Below are positions 27,675 through 35,867 of a stretch of DNA of 64,000 bases, piece after piece. Within the stretch, counting starts at the first letter, position 1. Each line of letters opens with the position of its first letter. The notes under the pieces are model-generated. The model was not told the origin of the DNA. It ran no database searches and saw nothing but the letters and a program-made list of their open reading frames with translations. The stretch is from Gemmatimonadota bacterium (GTDB lineage Bacteria > Gemmatimonadota > Gemmatimonadetes > Palauibacterales > Palauibacteraceae), in assembly GCA_039587755.1 (NCBI GenBank), contig JBDHBD010000012.1, positions 12,030-76,029 of the forward strand, read 5' to 3'. Both the position numbers and the translations under genes were made by a program.

Positions 27675-28622
27675 TCAGTCGGTCGGGGCTCCGCCGGCGG
27701 CACGGATCCGGGCCACGAACACGTCCTCGAGTGATGGGACGATCTCTTCCATGCCGCGCAGCGTGATCCCTTTGGCCTCGAGTCGGCTGCTGATGGAAGC
27801 GCTCGCCTCCGGGGCGTCGTCCACGGTGACGTGCAGGGTTCGCCCGTACATGGCGGCGTCCGTGACACCAGGCGCTCCGCTCACCGCCTCAAGTGCCCGC
27901 ACGGTGTCCGAGCTCCGCACCTCAAGGATCGGGGCCTCCATTCCCGACCTCAGGCCCGTCGGCGTATCGAGGGCGATCAGCAGACCCCGATTCATGAGCG
28001 CGAGTCGGTGGCAGTACTCGGCCTCTTCCATGTAGTGGGTCGTCACGAACACCGTCGTCCCCTCATCGGTCAGGTGGTAGATCAGCTCCCAGAAGGCTCG
28101 CCGCGAGTTGGGATCGACGCCCGAGGTCGGTTCGTCGAGGAAGAGGATCGGAGGCTCGTGCAGTACGGCACATCCGAGGGCCAGGCGCTGCTTCCAGCCG
28201 AGTGGGAGCTGGCCCGTGAGTCGGCTGAGATGCTCGGTCAGCCCGGCCATCTCCAGCACCCAGTCTCGCCGGGCGAGGCGGTTTTCTTTGGGCACGCCGT
28301 ATAGCCTAGAGAAAAAGGCGATGTTCTCCTCGACCGTGAGATCGGCATACAGCGAGAAGAGCTGTGACATGTAGCCGATCTGGCGCCGAATCGCCTCCCG
28401 TTCGGCACCGACGTCGTGGCCGGCCACGGTCGCGGTGCCGCTGGTCGGTCTGAGGAGCCCGGTCAGCATCTTGATCGTCGTGGTCTTTCCTGCGCCGTTG
28501 GGACCCAGGAAGCCGAAGATCTCGCTCGTCTTCACCTCAAACGAGACCCGATCGACAGCTACGAAGTCGCCGAAGGCCTTGCTCAGGTCGACCGCGCGCA
28601 CGGCCGTTCCGTTCCCGCCCAC
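27675..28622 (-). CDS. ABC transporter ATP-binding protein
   Basis: Walker A GPNGAGKTTT, the ABC signature, and LFLDEPTSGVD (Walker B). Confidence 0.85.
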   Translation of the reverse strand: MGGNGTAVRAVDLSKAFGDFVAVDRVSFEVKTSEIFGFLGPNGAGKTTTIKMLTGLLRPTSGTATVAGHDVGAEREAIRRQIGYMSQLFSLYADLTVEENIAFFSRLYGVPKENRLARRDWVLEMAGLTEHLSRLTGQLPLGWKQRLALGCAVLHEPPILFLDEPTSGVDPNSRRAFWELIYHLTDEGTTVFVTTHYMEEAEYCHRLALMNRGLLIALDTPTGLRSGMEAPILEVRSSDTVRALEAVSGAPGVTDAAMYGRTLHVTVDDAPEASASISSRLEAKGITLRGMEEIVPSLEDVFVARIRAAGGAPTD

Positions 28623-28623
28623 C

Positions 28624-29577
28624 TCAGCCCCCGTCCGCCGGTCCGGACGTCACGCGAGCCGTGCGGTCCATGAACACGTCCTCCATCGAGGGGGGCTGCT
28701 CGGTCAGCCTCGGATCCGGGAATCCAGCGGCCGTGAGCGCCGACTGCAGCGCGGGCACGGCCGTCGCCACGTCATCGACCGCAGCGTGCACCCGGTCGCC
28801 GAACACGGCCGCCCAGCGGACCTCAGGCTGCCTGGCCAGCTCTCTTCGGGCTTGCCGGGGATGCGCCACCTGCACCGACAGCAAGCGTCCCGCGAGGGTT
28901 TGCTGCAACGCCCGAGGCTCCTCCAGAGCGAGCAATCTCCCGTCGTACAGGAGGGCGACCCGATCCAGCCGTTCCGCTTCGTCCATGTAGGCCGTGCTGA
29001 CGATCACCGTGACGCCCTGGGCAACCATCTCGTGCACGATGAGCCACAGATCGCGACGCGAGATGGGGTCCACCCCGAAGGTCGGTTCATCCAGAAGCAG
29101 CAGTTCCGGCTGGTGGATCAGGGCGCACGACAGCCCCAGCTTCTGCTTCATCCCCCCGGACAGTTTGCCTGCCAGGCGATCCTTGAACGGAGCGAGCCCG
29201 GAGAACCGGAACAGGCGATCGAGCCGACGCGCCCGCTCCTCGCCCGGCACGTCGTACAGGTCGGCGTAGAAGTCGAGGTTCTCCTGGACGGTGAGATCCT
29301 CGTACAGGCCGAAGCGCTGGGACATGTACGCGATGTGCGGTTTCGCGGCCTCCGGTTCGGTCGCGATGCTGTGACCCAACACGACCGCGTCCCCGCTCGT
29401 GGGTCGGAGCACGCCGGCCAGCATGCGGAGCGTGGTCGTCTTGCCGGCTCCGTCCGGTCCGACCAGACCGAACAGCTCCCCCCGCCCTACCTCGAACGTG
29501 AGCTCGTCGACGGCCGTCAATTCAGCGAATCGACGAACCAGCCGATCCAGACGTACGGCGGCCTCCGCTTGCATCAC
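28624..29577 (-). CDS. ABC transporter ATP-binding protein (second)
   Basis: GPDGAGKTTT, LSGGMKQKLGL and LLLDEPTFGVD motifs. Confidence 0.85.
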   Translation of the reverse strand: MMQAEAAVRLDRLVRRFAELTAVDELTFEVGRGELFGLVGPDGAGKTTTLRMLAGVLRPTSGDAVVLGHSIATEPEAAKPHIAYMSQRFGLYEDLTVQENLDFYADLYDVPGEERARRLDRLFRFSGLAPFKDRLAGKLSGGMKQKLGLSCALIHQPELLLLDEPTFGVDPISRRDLWLIVHEMVAQGVTVIVSTAYMDEAERLDRVALLYDGRLLALEEPRALQQTLAGRLLSVQVAHPRQARRELARQPEVRWAAVFGDRVHAAVDDVATAVPALQSALTAAGFPDPRLTEQPPSMEDVFMDRTARVTSGPADGG

Positions 29578-30578
29578 GAACCGGCGAGCCGCAGCCGCAC
29601 GTCGGCGGGCATGCCGGGCTTCAAGTCTTGATCCTCGTCGCCGGTGATCTGCACTTTGACCGCGAACACCAGCTTCACGCGCTCCTTGGTCGTTTGCACG
29701 TTCTTGGGTGTGAACTCCGCTTCGGTGGCGATGAAGATCACTTCGCCCGTGTAGTCCTTGTCGGCGTACGTGTCGGAGGTGATCGACGCCTCGGTCCCGA
29801 TTCGCACGGCCCCGATGCGATCTTCGCGCACGTAGATCCTGACCCAGCGGTCGTCGGGATTCGTGATGGTCAGCACGGCTGCGCCCGGCGCCACGATCTC
29901 GCCAGGCTCGCTGTGGCGAATGGTTACCACTCCTTCGAAGGGGGCCTCTATCGTCGCGTACTCTATTGCCGCCTCGATCGCTTGCAGCGCTGCCTCCGCG
30001 GCCGCGAGCTGAGCCCGCTGGCTTTCGATGCGCTCGGCACGGGGACCCGACTCGAACAGTCGCAGCTGCTCCGTGGCCTGCTCCAGCTGACTGCGGGCCA
30101 CTTCGTGCGCGACCTTGGCCTTGTCCAGTGCCTCCTGACTGATGGCGCCTCCCTCGAGAAGCACGCGCGCTCGCTGGAGGTCTCGCTCGGCATCCGCGAG
30201 GCGCTCCGCGGCTGCGTCTCGGCCCGCGCGCGCCTGCGCGATCTCCTCGCTTCGGAAGCCGGACTGCAGCTCACGCAACAACGCGCGGGCGGCCGCTACC
30301 TGTGCTTCCGCCTGCGCCCGCCGGGCGAGAATCTCCTGCTGGTCCAATCGGGCCAAGAGCTGGCCGGCCACAACGCGGTGGCCCTCACGGACCGCCATCA
30401 TCTCGATCCGGCCGGCGGCCTGGAATCCGAGTCGCGCCTCCGTCGCCTCGACGGTGCCCGAGGAGAACAGGCTGTCGGCATCGTTGTCGGGCCGGAGCAC
30501 GCCGAACCACAGCCCGGCCACCACCGCGAGCACGATCACCACCAGCGCGGGAACCGCGCGACGTCTGGCCCCACTCAT
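29574..30578 (-). CDS. HlyD-family membrane fusion (periplasmic adaptor) protein
   Basis: N-terminal TM anchor, a long coiled-coil (AQAEAQVAAARALLRELQSG...) and a beta-barrel/lipoyl-like C-terminus. There is a 4-bp overlap with both neighbours. Confidence 0.8.
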   Translation of the reverse strand: MSGARRRAVPALVVIVLAVVAGLWFGVLRPDNDADSLFSSGTVEATEARLGFQAAGRIEMMAVREGHRVVAGQLLARLDQQEILARRAQAEAQVAAARALLRELQSGFRSEEIAQARAGRDAAAERLADAERDLQRARVLLEGGAISQEALDKAKVAHEVARSQLEQATEQLRLFESGPRAERIESQRAQLAAAEAALQAIEAAIEYATIEAPFEGVVTIRHSEPGEIVAPGAAVLTITNPDDRWVRIYVREDRIGAVRIGTEASITSDTYADKDYTGEVIFIATEAEFTPKNVQTTKERVKLVFAVKVQITGDEDQDLKPGMPADVRLRLAGS

Positions 30579-31987
30579 CGGTTCATCTCCAGGTTTTCAG
30601 AAAGCCAGGTCGGGTTCAGCTCACCCAGCACCCTGGCCAGCTCCACATGTGCCTTCATTTCCCCGTGCCTCGTCTCGGCCAGGTTCGCCCGGGCCGCGAG
30701 CAGTTCAGCCTCGGCACGGAGGAAGTCCGTCTGGACCCCGGTTCCGGTCTCCAACCTCAGTCGCTCAATGCGAGCGACTTCCTCGAAGCTGGTCACGGCG
30801 GCCTGCAGGCTCGACACCCTGGCGGAGGATTCCTGCACGACCGAGTAGGCCCGGTCCACCGCCTTCGCCACCTCGATCTCGGTCAGCCGCAGCGTCTCGT
30901 CGGCCGCTCGCCGCTGCGCTTGGGCGCGTTCCACACCGCGGCTCCGGTTCAGACCGGTGAACAGGGACCAGCGGGCGGCAAGAGCCACATTCCACTCGAG
31001 CTGGTCATCGGTGTTCGGACTGCCGTAGTTGACCAGCGTGCCCATGAGGTCCAGACGGGGCCACCAGGAGCTCCTGGCCAGGGATACGGCAGCGGATGCC
31101 GCCTGTCGCTGCCGCTCCGCCCGTGCGACGAGTGGGCTGTTGCTGTTCGCCCGCTCTACGAGATCGGTCAGATCGAAGGGCGGCACTTCCGCCGGGAGCG
31201 ACATCGGGAGCAGCCGCTCGCTCCGGGTCTGCTCGACGGGCTCACCGATCAACCGACCTAGCTCGCGCTCAGCGACATCGAGTGCGACGGCCGCGGCAAC
31301 CCGATCCGCCCGGGCCGAGGCCAGCTCGGCCTCGACGCGAACCACTTCCAGCCGGGCCGTGCGTCCTGCGGCCAGCAGCTGCTCCACCCGAGCGAGCTCG
31401 GCCTCGAGCGCCGCGATCCGCTGGTCGTTCGCCTCCAGAACCTCTCGTCTCCCGAGAACATCGAGATACGTGCTCGCGATGCGGGCGATGAGCTCCTGCG
31501 TCGTGCCGGCTACATCCGACTCCGCCACCCCGAAATCGGCTCTCGCCCGACGAACCTCCGCACTGCGCCCGAAGCCGTCGAACAGCGTGTACGAAAGCAC
31601 GGTGCTCGCGCGGGTCAGCGTCTCGTTGAAGGGTGGCACGGCCTCGATGTCGAACTCGTGCAGGGGGTATACGATCATCGCGTCTGAGAACCGCGTGATG
31701 GACGCATCGAGCGACAGCGACGGGAACCAGGCCGAGCTGGCCTGACCGACAGCGGCACGTGCTGCGTCTGCGCCGGCCCGGGCGGCACCCACCGAGGGGT
31801 ACCGGGACATCCCGCGTTCGACCGCCTCCGTGAGCGAGAGGCTGGCTTCGTCCTGCCCGAGAGCGGGCGGTGGACTGACGAAGGATGAAAGCACGCCGGC
31901 CAGAAGGGGTGATCCTGCCGTCCGCGCGCTGGTCCGGAGCCTTCCCAACAACCAGGTCACCTGACGTCTCACGGCGTTACTTCTCAC
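30575..31987 (-). CDS. TolC-family outer-membrane efflux protein
   Basis: Signal peptide plus two repeated coiled-coil/beta-barrel halves typical of the OEP family (LSLTEAVERGMSRYPSVGAARA...). Confidence 0.8.
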   Translation of the reverse strand: MRSNAVRRQVTWLLGRLRTSARTAGSPLLAGVLSSFVSPPPALGQDEASLSLTEAVERGMSRYPSVGAARAGADAARAAVGQASSAWFPSLSLDASITRFSDAMIVYPLHEFDIEAVPPFNETLTRASTVLSYTLFDGFGRSAEVRRARADFGVAESDVAGTTQELIARIASTYLDVLGRREVLEANDQRIAALEAELARVEQLLAAGRTARLEVVRVEAELASARADRVAAAVALDVAERELGRLIGEPVEQTRSERLLPMSLPAEVPPFDLTDLVERANSNSPLVARAERQRQAASAAVSLARSSWWPRLDLMGTLVNYGSPNTDDQLEWNVALAARWSLFTGLNRSRGVERAQAQRRAADETLRLTEIEVAKAVDRAYSVVQESSARVSSLQAAVTSFEEVARIERLRLETGTGVQTDFLRAEAELLAARANLAETRHGEMKAHVELARVLGELNPTWLSENLEMNR

Positions 31988-32688
31988 GGCGCCACCTCCT
32001 CTCCTCCGGACTTCACTCCTTTCGACCCTTCACCACCCTGCTCTTCACCACCCAGGCTGCGCTCGAGCACGTCGAGCATGCCGCCTGCCGTCTTGGTCAG
32101 CGAGATCGAGCCGTCCGACACGATCCACCGCAAACCGGTCGAGTGGACGATGGCCACGATCAGATCCGCCACCTGGCCCGGATCGAACACCTCGCGCGGA
32201 CGCGCGTCTGCGAGCGCCTGTTCGACCAGCTTTATCAGTTTTTCGCGAAACATCGTGCGGGTCGCGTTCACGTCGTCGCGGATGGCGGGAAGAATCCGAA
32301 TTGCCTGCCCGGTCATGATGATGAGCGGCCCGCCGGCGGTTTCGTGAACGAATTCCAGCACGTGATCGACCAGGCCCCGTACCCGATCCCACGGTCCTCC
32401 TTCGCCCTGATAGCTCTTAATGCGGGCCTGCAGGGTGTGGATCTGGTGTCGCAGGGCTGCGACGAGGATCTCATCCTTCGACTTGAAGTGACGAAACAGC
32501 GTCGCCTCCGACACGCCCACGCGCTCCGCCAGAGCCGAGGTTGTCCACGCGTGCAGGCCGCTCTCGGACAGGATCGCGATCGTCGCTTCGATGATCTCCG
32601 ATCGTCGCTCTCCCCGCCGCTTGTATTGGCGTGGCTCCACGGCCGGGCCGGTTCCCCCTGATGTCTCGCGATTCCGTAACGTACTCAT
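31984..32688 (-). CDS. TetR/AcrR-family transcriptional repressor
   Basis: HTH RRSEIIEATIAILSESGLHAWTTSALAERVGVSEATLFRHFKSKDEIL. It is the first gene of the efflux operon. Confidence 0.85.
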   Translation of the reverse strand: MSTLRNRETSGGTGPAVEPRQYKRRGERRSEIIEATIAILSESGLHAWTTSALAERVGVSEATLFRHFKSKDEILVAALRHQIHTLQARIKSYQGEGGPWDRVRGLVDHVLEFVHETAGGPLIIMTGQAIRILPAIRDDVNATRTMFREKLIKLVEQALADARPREVFDPGQVADLIVAIVHSTGLRWIVSDGSISLTKTAGGMLDVLERSLGGEEQGGEGSKGVKSGGEEVAP

Positions 32689-32728
32689 TCTCAGTGCCTT
32701 CCGAGTTCCCCTGCGGGTCGATTCCTTG

Positions 32729-32740
32729 AAGACATGTCTT
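32729..32740. promoter_or_regulatory. Perfect 12-bp palindrome AAGACATGTCTT, ~40 bp upstream of the tetR start. It is a candidate TetR operator for the efflux operon.
   Basis: Seen directly in the sequence. Downstream lies an AT-rich stretch (ATAAGTAAGTAAATATTCACTTTATGAC), which is unusual in this GC-rich DNA. Confidence 0.45.
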
Positions 32741-32851
32741 GAGAATCGGGATGCCGAGCAATTATAAGTAAGTAAATATTCACTTTATGACGCGGTCCGG
32801 CAACCACGGGGGCGGAGCAGGAGGGAGAAACCGTGTAGCCCCGACGAGCGA

Positions 32852-33892
32852 TCAGCGGTCGTGCGGGAATAGGGCCGGCCCAGGAAGATCAACGACTGTC
32901 AAAACCGGAGCATGGTCGGAGAGCCGGCGGCCGTTTTGAAGAACTCGGGTCTCCACCGCTCGTAAGGGCGGCTCCACAAGAATCCAGTCCAGGGACATCT
33001 GGAGCTCGAAGGTCGGGAAGGTGAAGTCTGCGGCGGTCGGCGAACGCTCAGCCCGGGGGCTCCGCCAGCCACGCCCGAGCAGCTCGCCGAGTGCTGTCGT
33101 GTCCGCCGCGCCTGGCCAGCCGGGCGGCGCCGTGTTGAAGTCACCGGCCAGCACGAGAGGGCCCACGTCCGTGTCTCGCAGACCGTCCAGAACGGGGACG
33201 GCCGCGAGCCGGATCTCCTCACTGCGGAATTCGAGGTGAATGGCCGCCACCGAGACCGGAGCTCGGGTGGTCGCCAGATTCGCGACGACCGCTTCCTTGG
33301 ACCCGAACCCCGCCTCCTCGAGCTGCGAATGACCGGGGAGCTCCACCCAGCGCGCGTCAAGTAGCGGGAGCCGGGTGAGGATGGCGTTTCCGAACGCGTA
33401 GTGCTGGAACGGAAACTGGAAGTCGAAGCTTCGCTGTTCGACCCAGGTCGAGTAGCCCGCCGCACGCGCCAGAAATGCGGCCTGGTTCACCCGGCCGGAC
33501 CACCTGGCGTCGAAGTCCACCTCGTTGAGGACCACCACGTCGGCATCGGCCTGACGCAGCACCGCAGCCATCCGCTCGAGACGCTCGAGGCGCTCCTCCA
33601 GAGTGCCGCCACGCCAGTTTCGGAACAATCCCGGCTCGATGTCACCACGGCCGTGCGCGATGTTCCAGGCTAGGACCCGAATCGCGGCCTCCCCGGAAGA
33701 GCCCCTGTGATCGGCATCTGATAAGGACGTGGCGTCGGGATTCTGCCGGATGGCGAGCCGCCGGCCGTCCGCGGTCGCTCGCCCCAGGAACCAGTACAGG
33801 AACGTGCTTGCGAATATCGTGAGCAGGAGGAGGCCGACGACCCTGCTTGGGCGCGGTGGGAAGCCTCTCGATGTTTCCTCGAAAGCAGGCAT
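32852..33892 (-). CDS. Endonuclease/exonuclease/phosphatase (EEP) family protein, membrane-anchored
   Basis: N-terminal TM helix. EEP motifs VLAWNIAHGRG, VVVLNEVDF, LAGDFNTAP and SDHAPV. Confidence 0.75.
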   Translation of the reverse strand: MPAFEETSRGFPPRPSRVVGLLLLTIFASTFLYWFLGRATADGRRLAIRQNPDATSLSDADHRGSSGEAAIRVLAWNIAHGRGDIEPGLFRNWRGGTLEERLERLERMAAVLRQADADVVVLNEVDFDARWSGRVNQAAFLARAAGYSTWVEQRSFDFQFPFQHYAFGNAILTRLPLLDARWVELPGHSQLEEAGFGSKEAVVANLATTRAPVSVAAIHLEFRSEEIRLAAVPVLDGLRDTDVGPLVLAGDFNTAPPGWPGAADTTALGELLGRGWRSPRAERSPTAADFTFPTFELQMSLDWILVEPPLRAVETRVLQNGRRLSDHAPVLTVVDLPGPALFPHDR

Positions 33893-34015
33893 ACGCGGAA
33901 CGTGCTTCCTTAAGAACCGCCAAAGTCGAAAACTGAACGATAACTAAGAGCGAGCCGCTCGGCCGAGGGAAGCGTCGATCTCCCGACTCCGCCCGCCCCG
34001 CACTACACTGAACGC

Positions 34016-35122
34016 ATGTCGATACGTGCCGCCGTCATGGTCGGACCCGATGTGCCGATCGAGCTCTGGAGTCTGGACGATCCTGTGCTCGAACCGGGTG
34101 CCGTGCTGCTGGAAACGATCGCTAGCGAGGTGTGCGGAACGGACGTGCATCTTCATCGTGGTCAGCTGGAGGGTGTTCCCTACCCGATCATCCCCGGTCA
34201 CGTGAGCGTTGGGCGGATCGTGGACAGCGCCGGGGTCGATCGCGATGCCGTGGGCGAGCCGCTGGAGTCGGGCGATCCTGTCACCTTCTACGATGTCCAC
34301 GAGACGTGTGGCACCTGCTATCACTGCCTGGTCGCGCGACAACCGAATCGGTGCCCAACTCGCCGGGTTTACGGCATCAGCTACTCGGCGCACGAGGGAG
34401 CGCTGGGTGGGTGGTCGGAACAGATCTATCTGAAGCCCGGGGTCCGAATCCTCAAGCTTCCTCCCACGCTCTCGCCGGACGATGTGATCGGCGGCGGGTG
34501 TGGTCTGTTCACGGGCTATGCCGCCGTGGAGCGGTCACGGCTCGAAATGGGTGACACGGTGCTCGTGCAGGGGGCCGGGCCTGTGGGGCTTTCGGCCGCG
34601 GCCTTCTCCCGACTCCGCGGGGCCGGTCAGGTCATCCTGATCGGCGCCCCGGCGGCTCGGCTCGCACTCGCCGAGGTTCTGGGTGCGGACGTCACCCTCC
34701 CTCTGGAGACGACTTCAGCGAAGGAGCGCGCCTCGCTCGTGCGAGATCTCACGAACGGGCGTGGCGTCGATGTAGCTATCGAGGCGAGTGGGAATCCGGT
34801 GGCGATGCCAGAAGGCCTGGGCCTTCTTCGGGACGGAGGCACGTACGTGGTCGCGGGCCACTACACGGACGTTGGACCCGTGGCGATCAACCCGCATCTC
34901 GACATCAACCGCAAGCATGCGCAGGTGCGTGGTCAGTGGGGCACGGATTTCCATCACGTGGTGCGCGCCCTCCGCATGTTGGCCAAACACCGCGACCAGC
35001 TCCCGTTCGCACGCGTCATTGGAGGGCGGTATGGGCTCGACGAGGCGAACCAGGCGCTGGAGGACGTCTTTGAGCTGCGTGTCACGAAGGCGATCATCAC
35101 GCCAAACGCGACGAGCGGCTGA
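34016..35122 (+). CDS. Zinc-dependent medium-chain dehydrogenase/reductase (alcohol dehydrogenase family)
   Basis: Catalytic and structural Zn ligands EVCGTDVH, GHVSVG and CGTCYHC, plus the Rossmann motif VLVQGAGPVGL. Confidence 0.85.
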   Translation: MSIRAAVMVGPDVPIELWSLDDPVLEPGAVLLETIASEVCGTDVHLHRGQLEGVPYPIIPGHVSVGRIVDSAGVDRDAVGEPLESGDPVTFYDVHETCGTCYHCLVARQPNRCPTRRVYGISYSAHEGALGGWSEQIYLKPGVRILKLPPTLSPDDVIGGGCGLFTGYAAVERSRLEMGDTVLVQGAGPVGLSAAAFSRLRGAGQVILIGAPAARLALAEVLGADVTLPLETTSAKERASLVRDLTNGRGVDVAIEASGNPVAMPEGLGLLRDGGTYVVAGHYTDVGPVAINPHLDINRKHAQVRGQWGTDFHHVVRALRMLAKHRDQLPFARVIGGRYGLDEANQALEDVFELRVTKAIITPNATSG

Positions 35123-35131
35123 CGACAAAGA

Positions 35132-35157
35132 AAGGGGGAGCGAAAGCGCTCCCCCTT
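35132..35157. terminator. Bidirectional rho-independent-type hairpin (AAGGGGGAGCG-AAAG-CGCTCCCCCTT) between two convergent genes
   Basis: An 11-bp GC-rich stem read directly from the sequence. It sits 10 bp after the dehydrogenase stop and ~30 bp after the stop of the convergent minus-strand gene. Confidence 0.6.
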
Positions 35158-35189
35158 GATTCCCTGCCGGTCGGTCTTAGGTCGAATGA

Positions 35190-35657
35190 CTACTCGATGA
35201 ACTTGATCTCCCGCAGCATCTTGTTGCTGAGGATGGTCCTTACTTCCGGGTAGACCGTCGTCGTGATCCGATCCGACTCTTCGTCGCTCAGCATCGCTAG
35301 GACCCGCTCATTGATCGCCGCGAGCTTCTGACGCCACGCGTCGGTCGCATCCAGCGCGGCCAGGTTCGGGTGCTTGGTCACGAGCAGCAGGTTGTAGCCT
35401 CCGTCGTTCGGTGTGATGGAAGCGTAGATCCCGTACTCGAGCGTGATGCCCTCCGCGACCGCTTCCTCGACGCCGGTGACCCACGTTCTTCGCAGGTTGT
35501 TCAGGTACTGCTCACCCATGTTCGGGTGAATCTTGATCAGCGTGACGTTGTACACCTCTTCCTGTGTCTCCCAGGTCTCGCCTTCCTGGGCGGAGACGAC
35601 CTGGGTGGACAGCGACAGCGATAGCGTGACCGCGCTGATGGCGAGCAACTTTCTCAT
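35190..35657 (-). CDS. Secreted hypothetical protein
   Basis: Signal peptide MRKLLAISAVTLSLSLSTQVVSAQ. No recognised domain. Confidence 0.55.
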   Translation of the reverse strand: MRKLLAISAVTLSLSLSTQVVSAQEGETWETQEEVYNVTLIKIHPNMGEQYLNNLRRTWVTGVEEAVAEGITLEYGIYASITPNDGGYNLLLVTKHPNLAALDATDAWRQKLAAINERVLAMLSDEESDRITTTVYPEVRTILSNKMLREIKFIE

Positions 35658-35867
35658 TCTGTACTCCTCCTGTGGCGTTCGATTGTGCGTGAGCTCGACG
35701 ACCGGTGGGACCTGAACGGCGACGAGTATAGTCGGCCGCGAACCTGCGGGCCAGAAGACGCGGACCGCACCATCTGGCTCCTACCCGCGGATCCGCGCAG
35801 ACTCTAGGTTAGCGGGCCTGTGACTGACACGTCTGATCGGCACCTCTGATCGCTTCGGGACCATACC

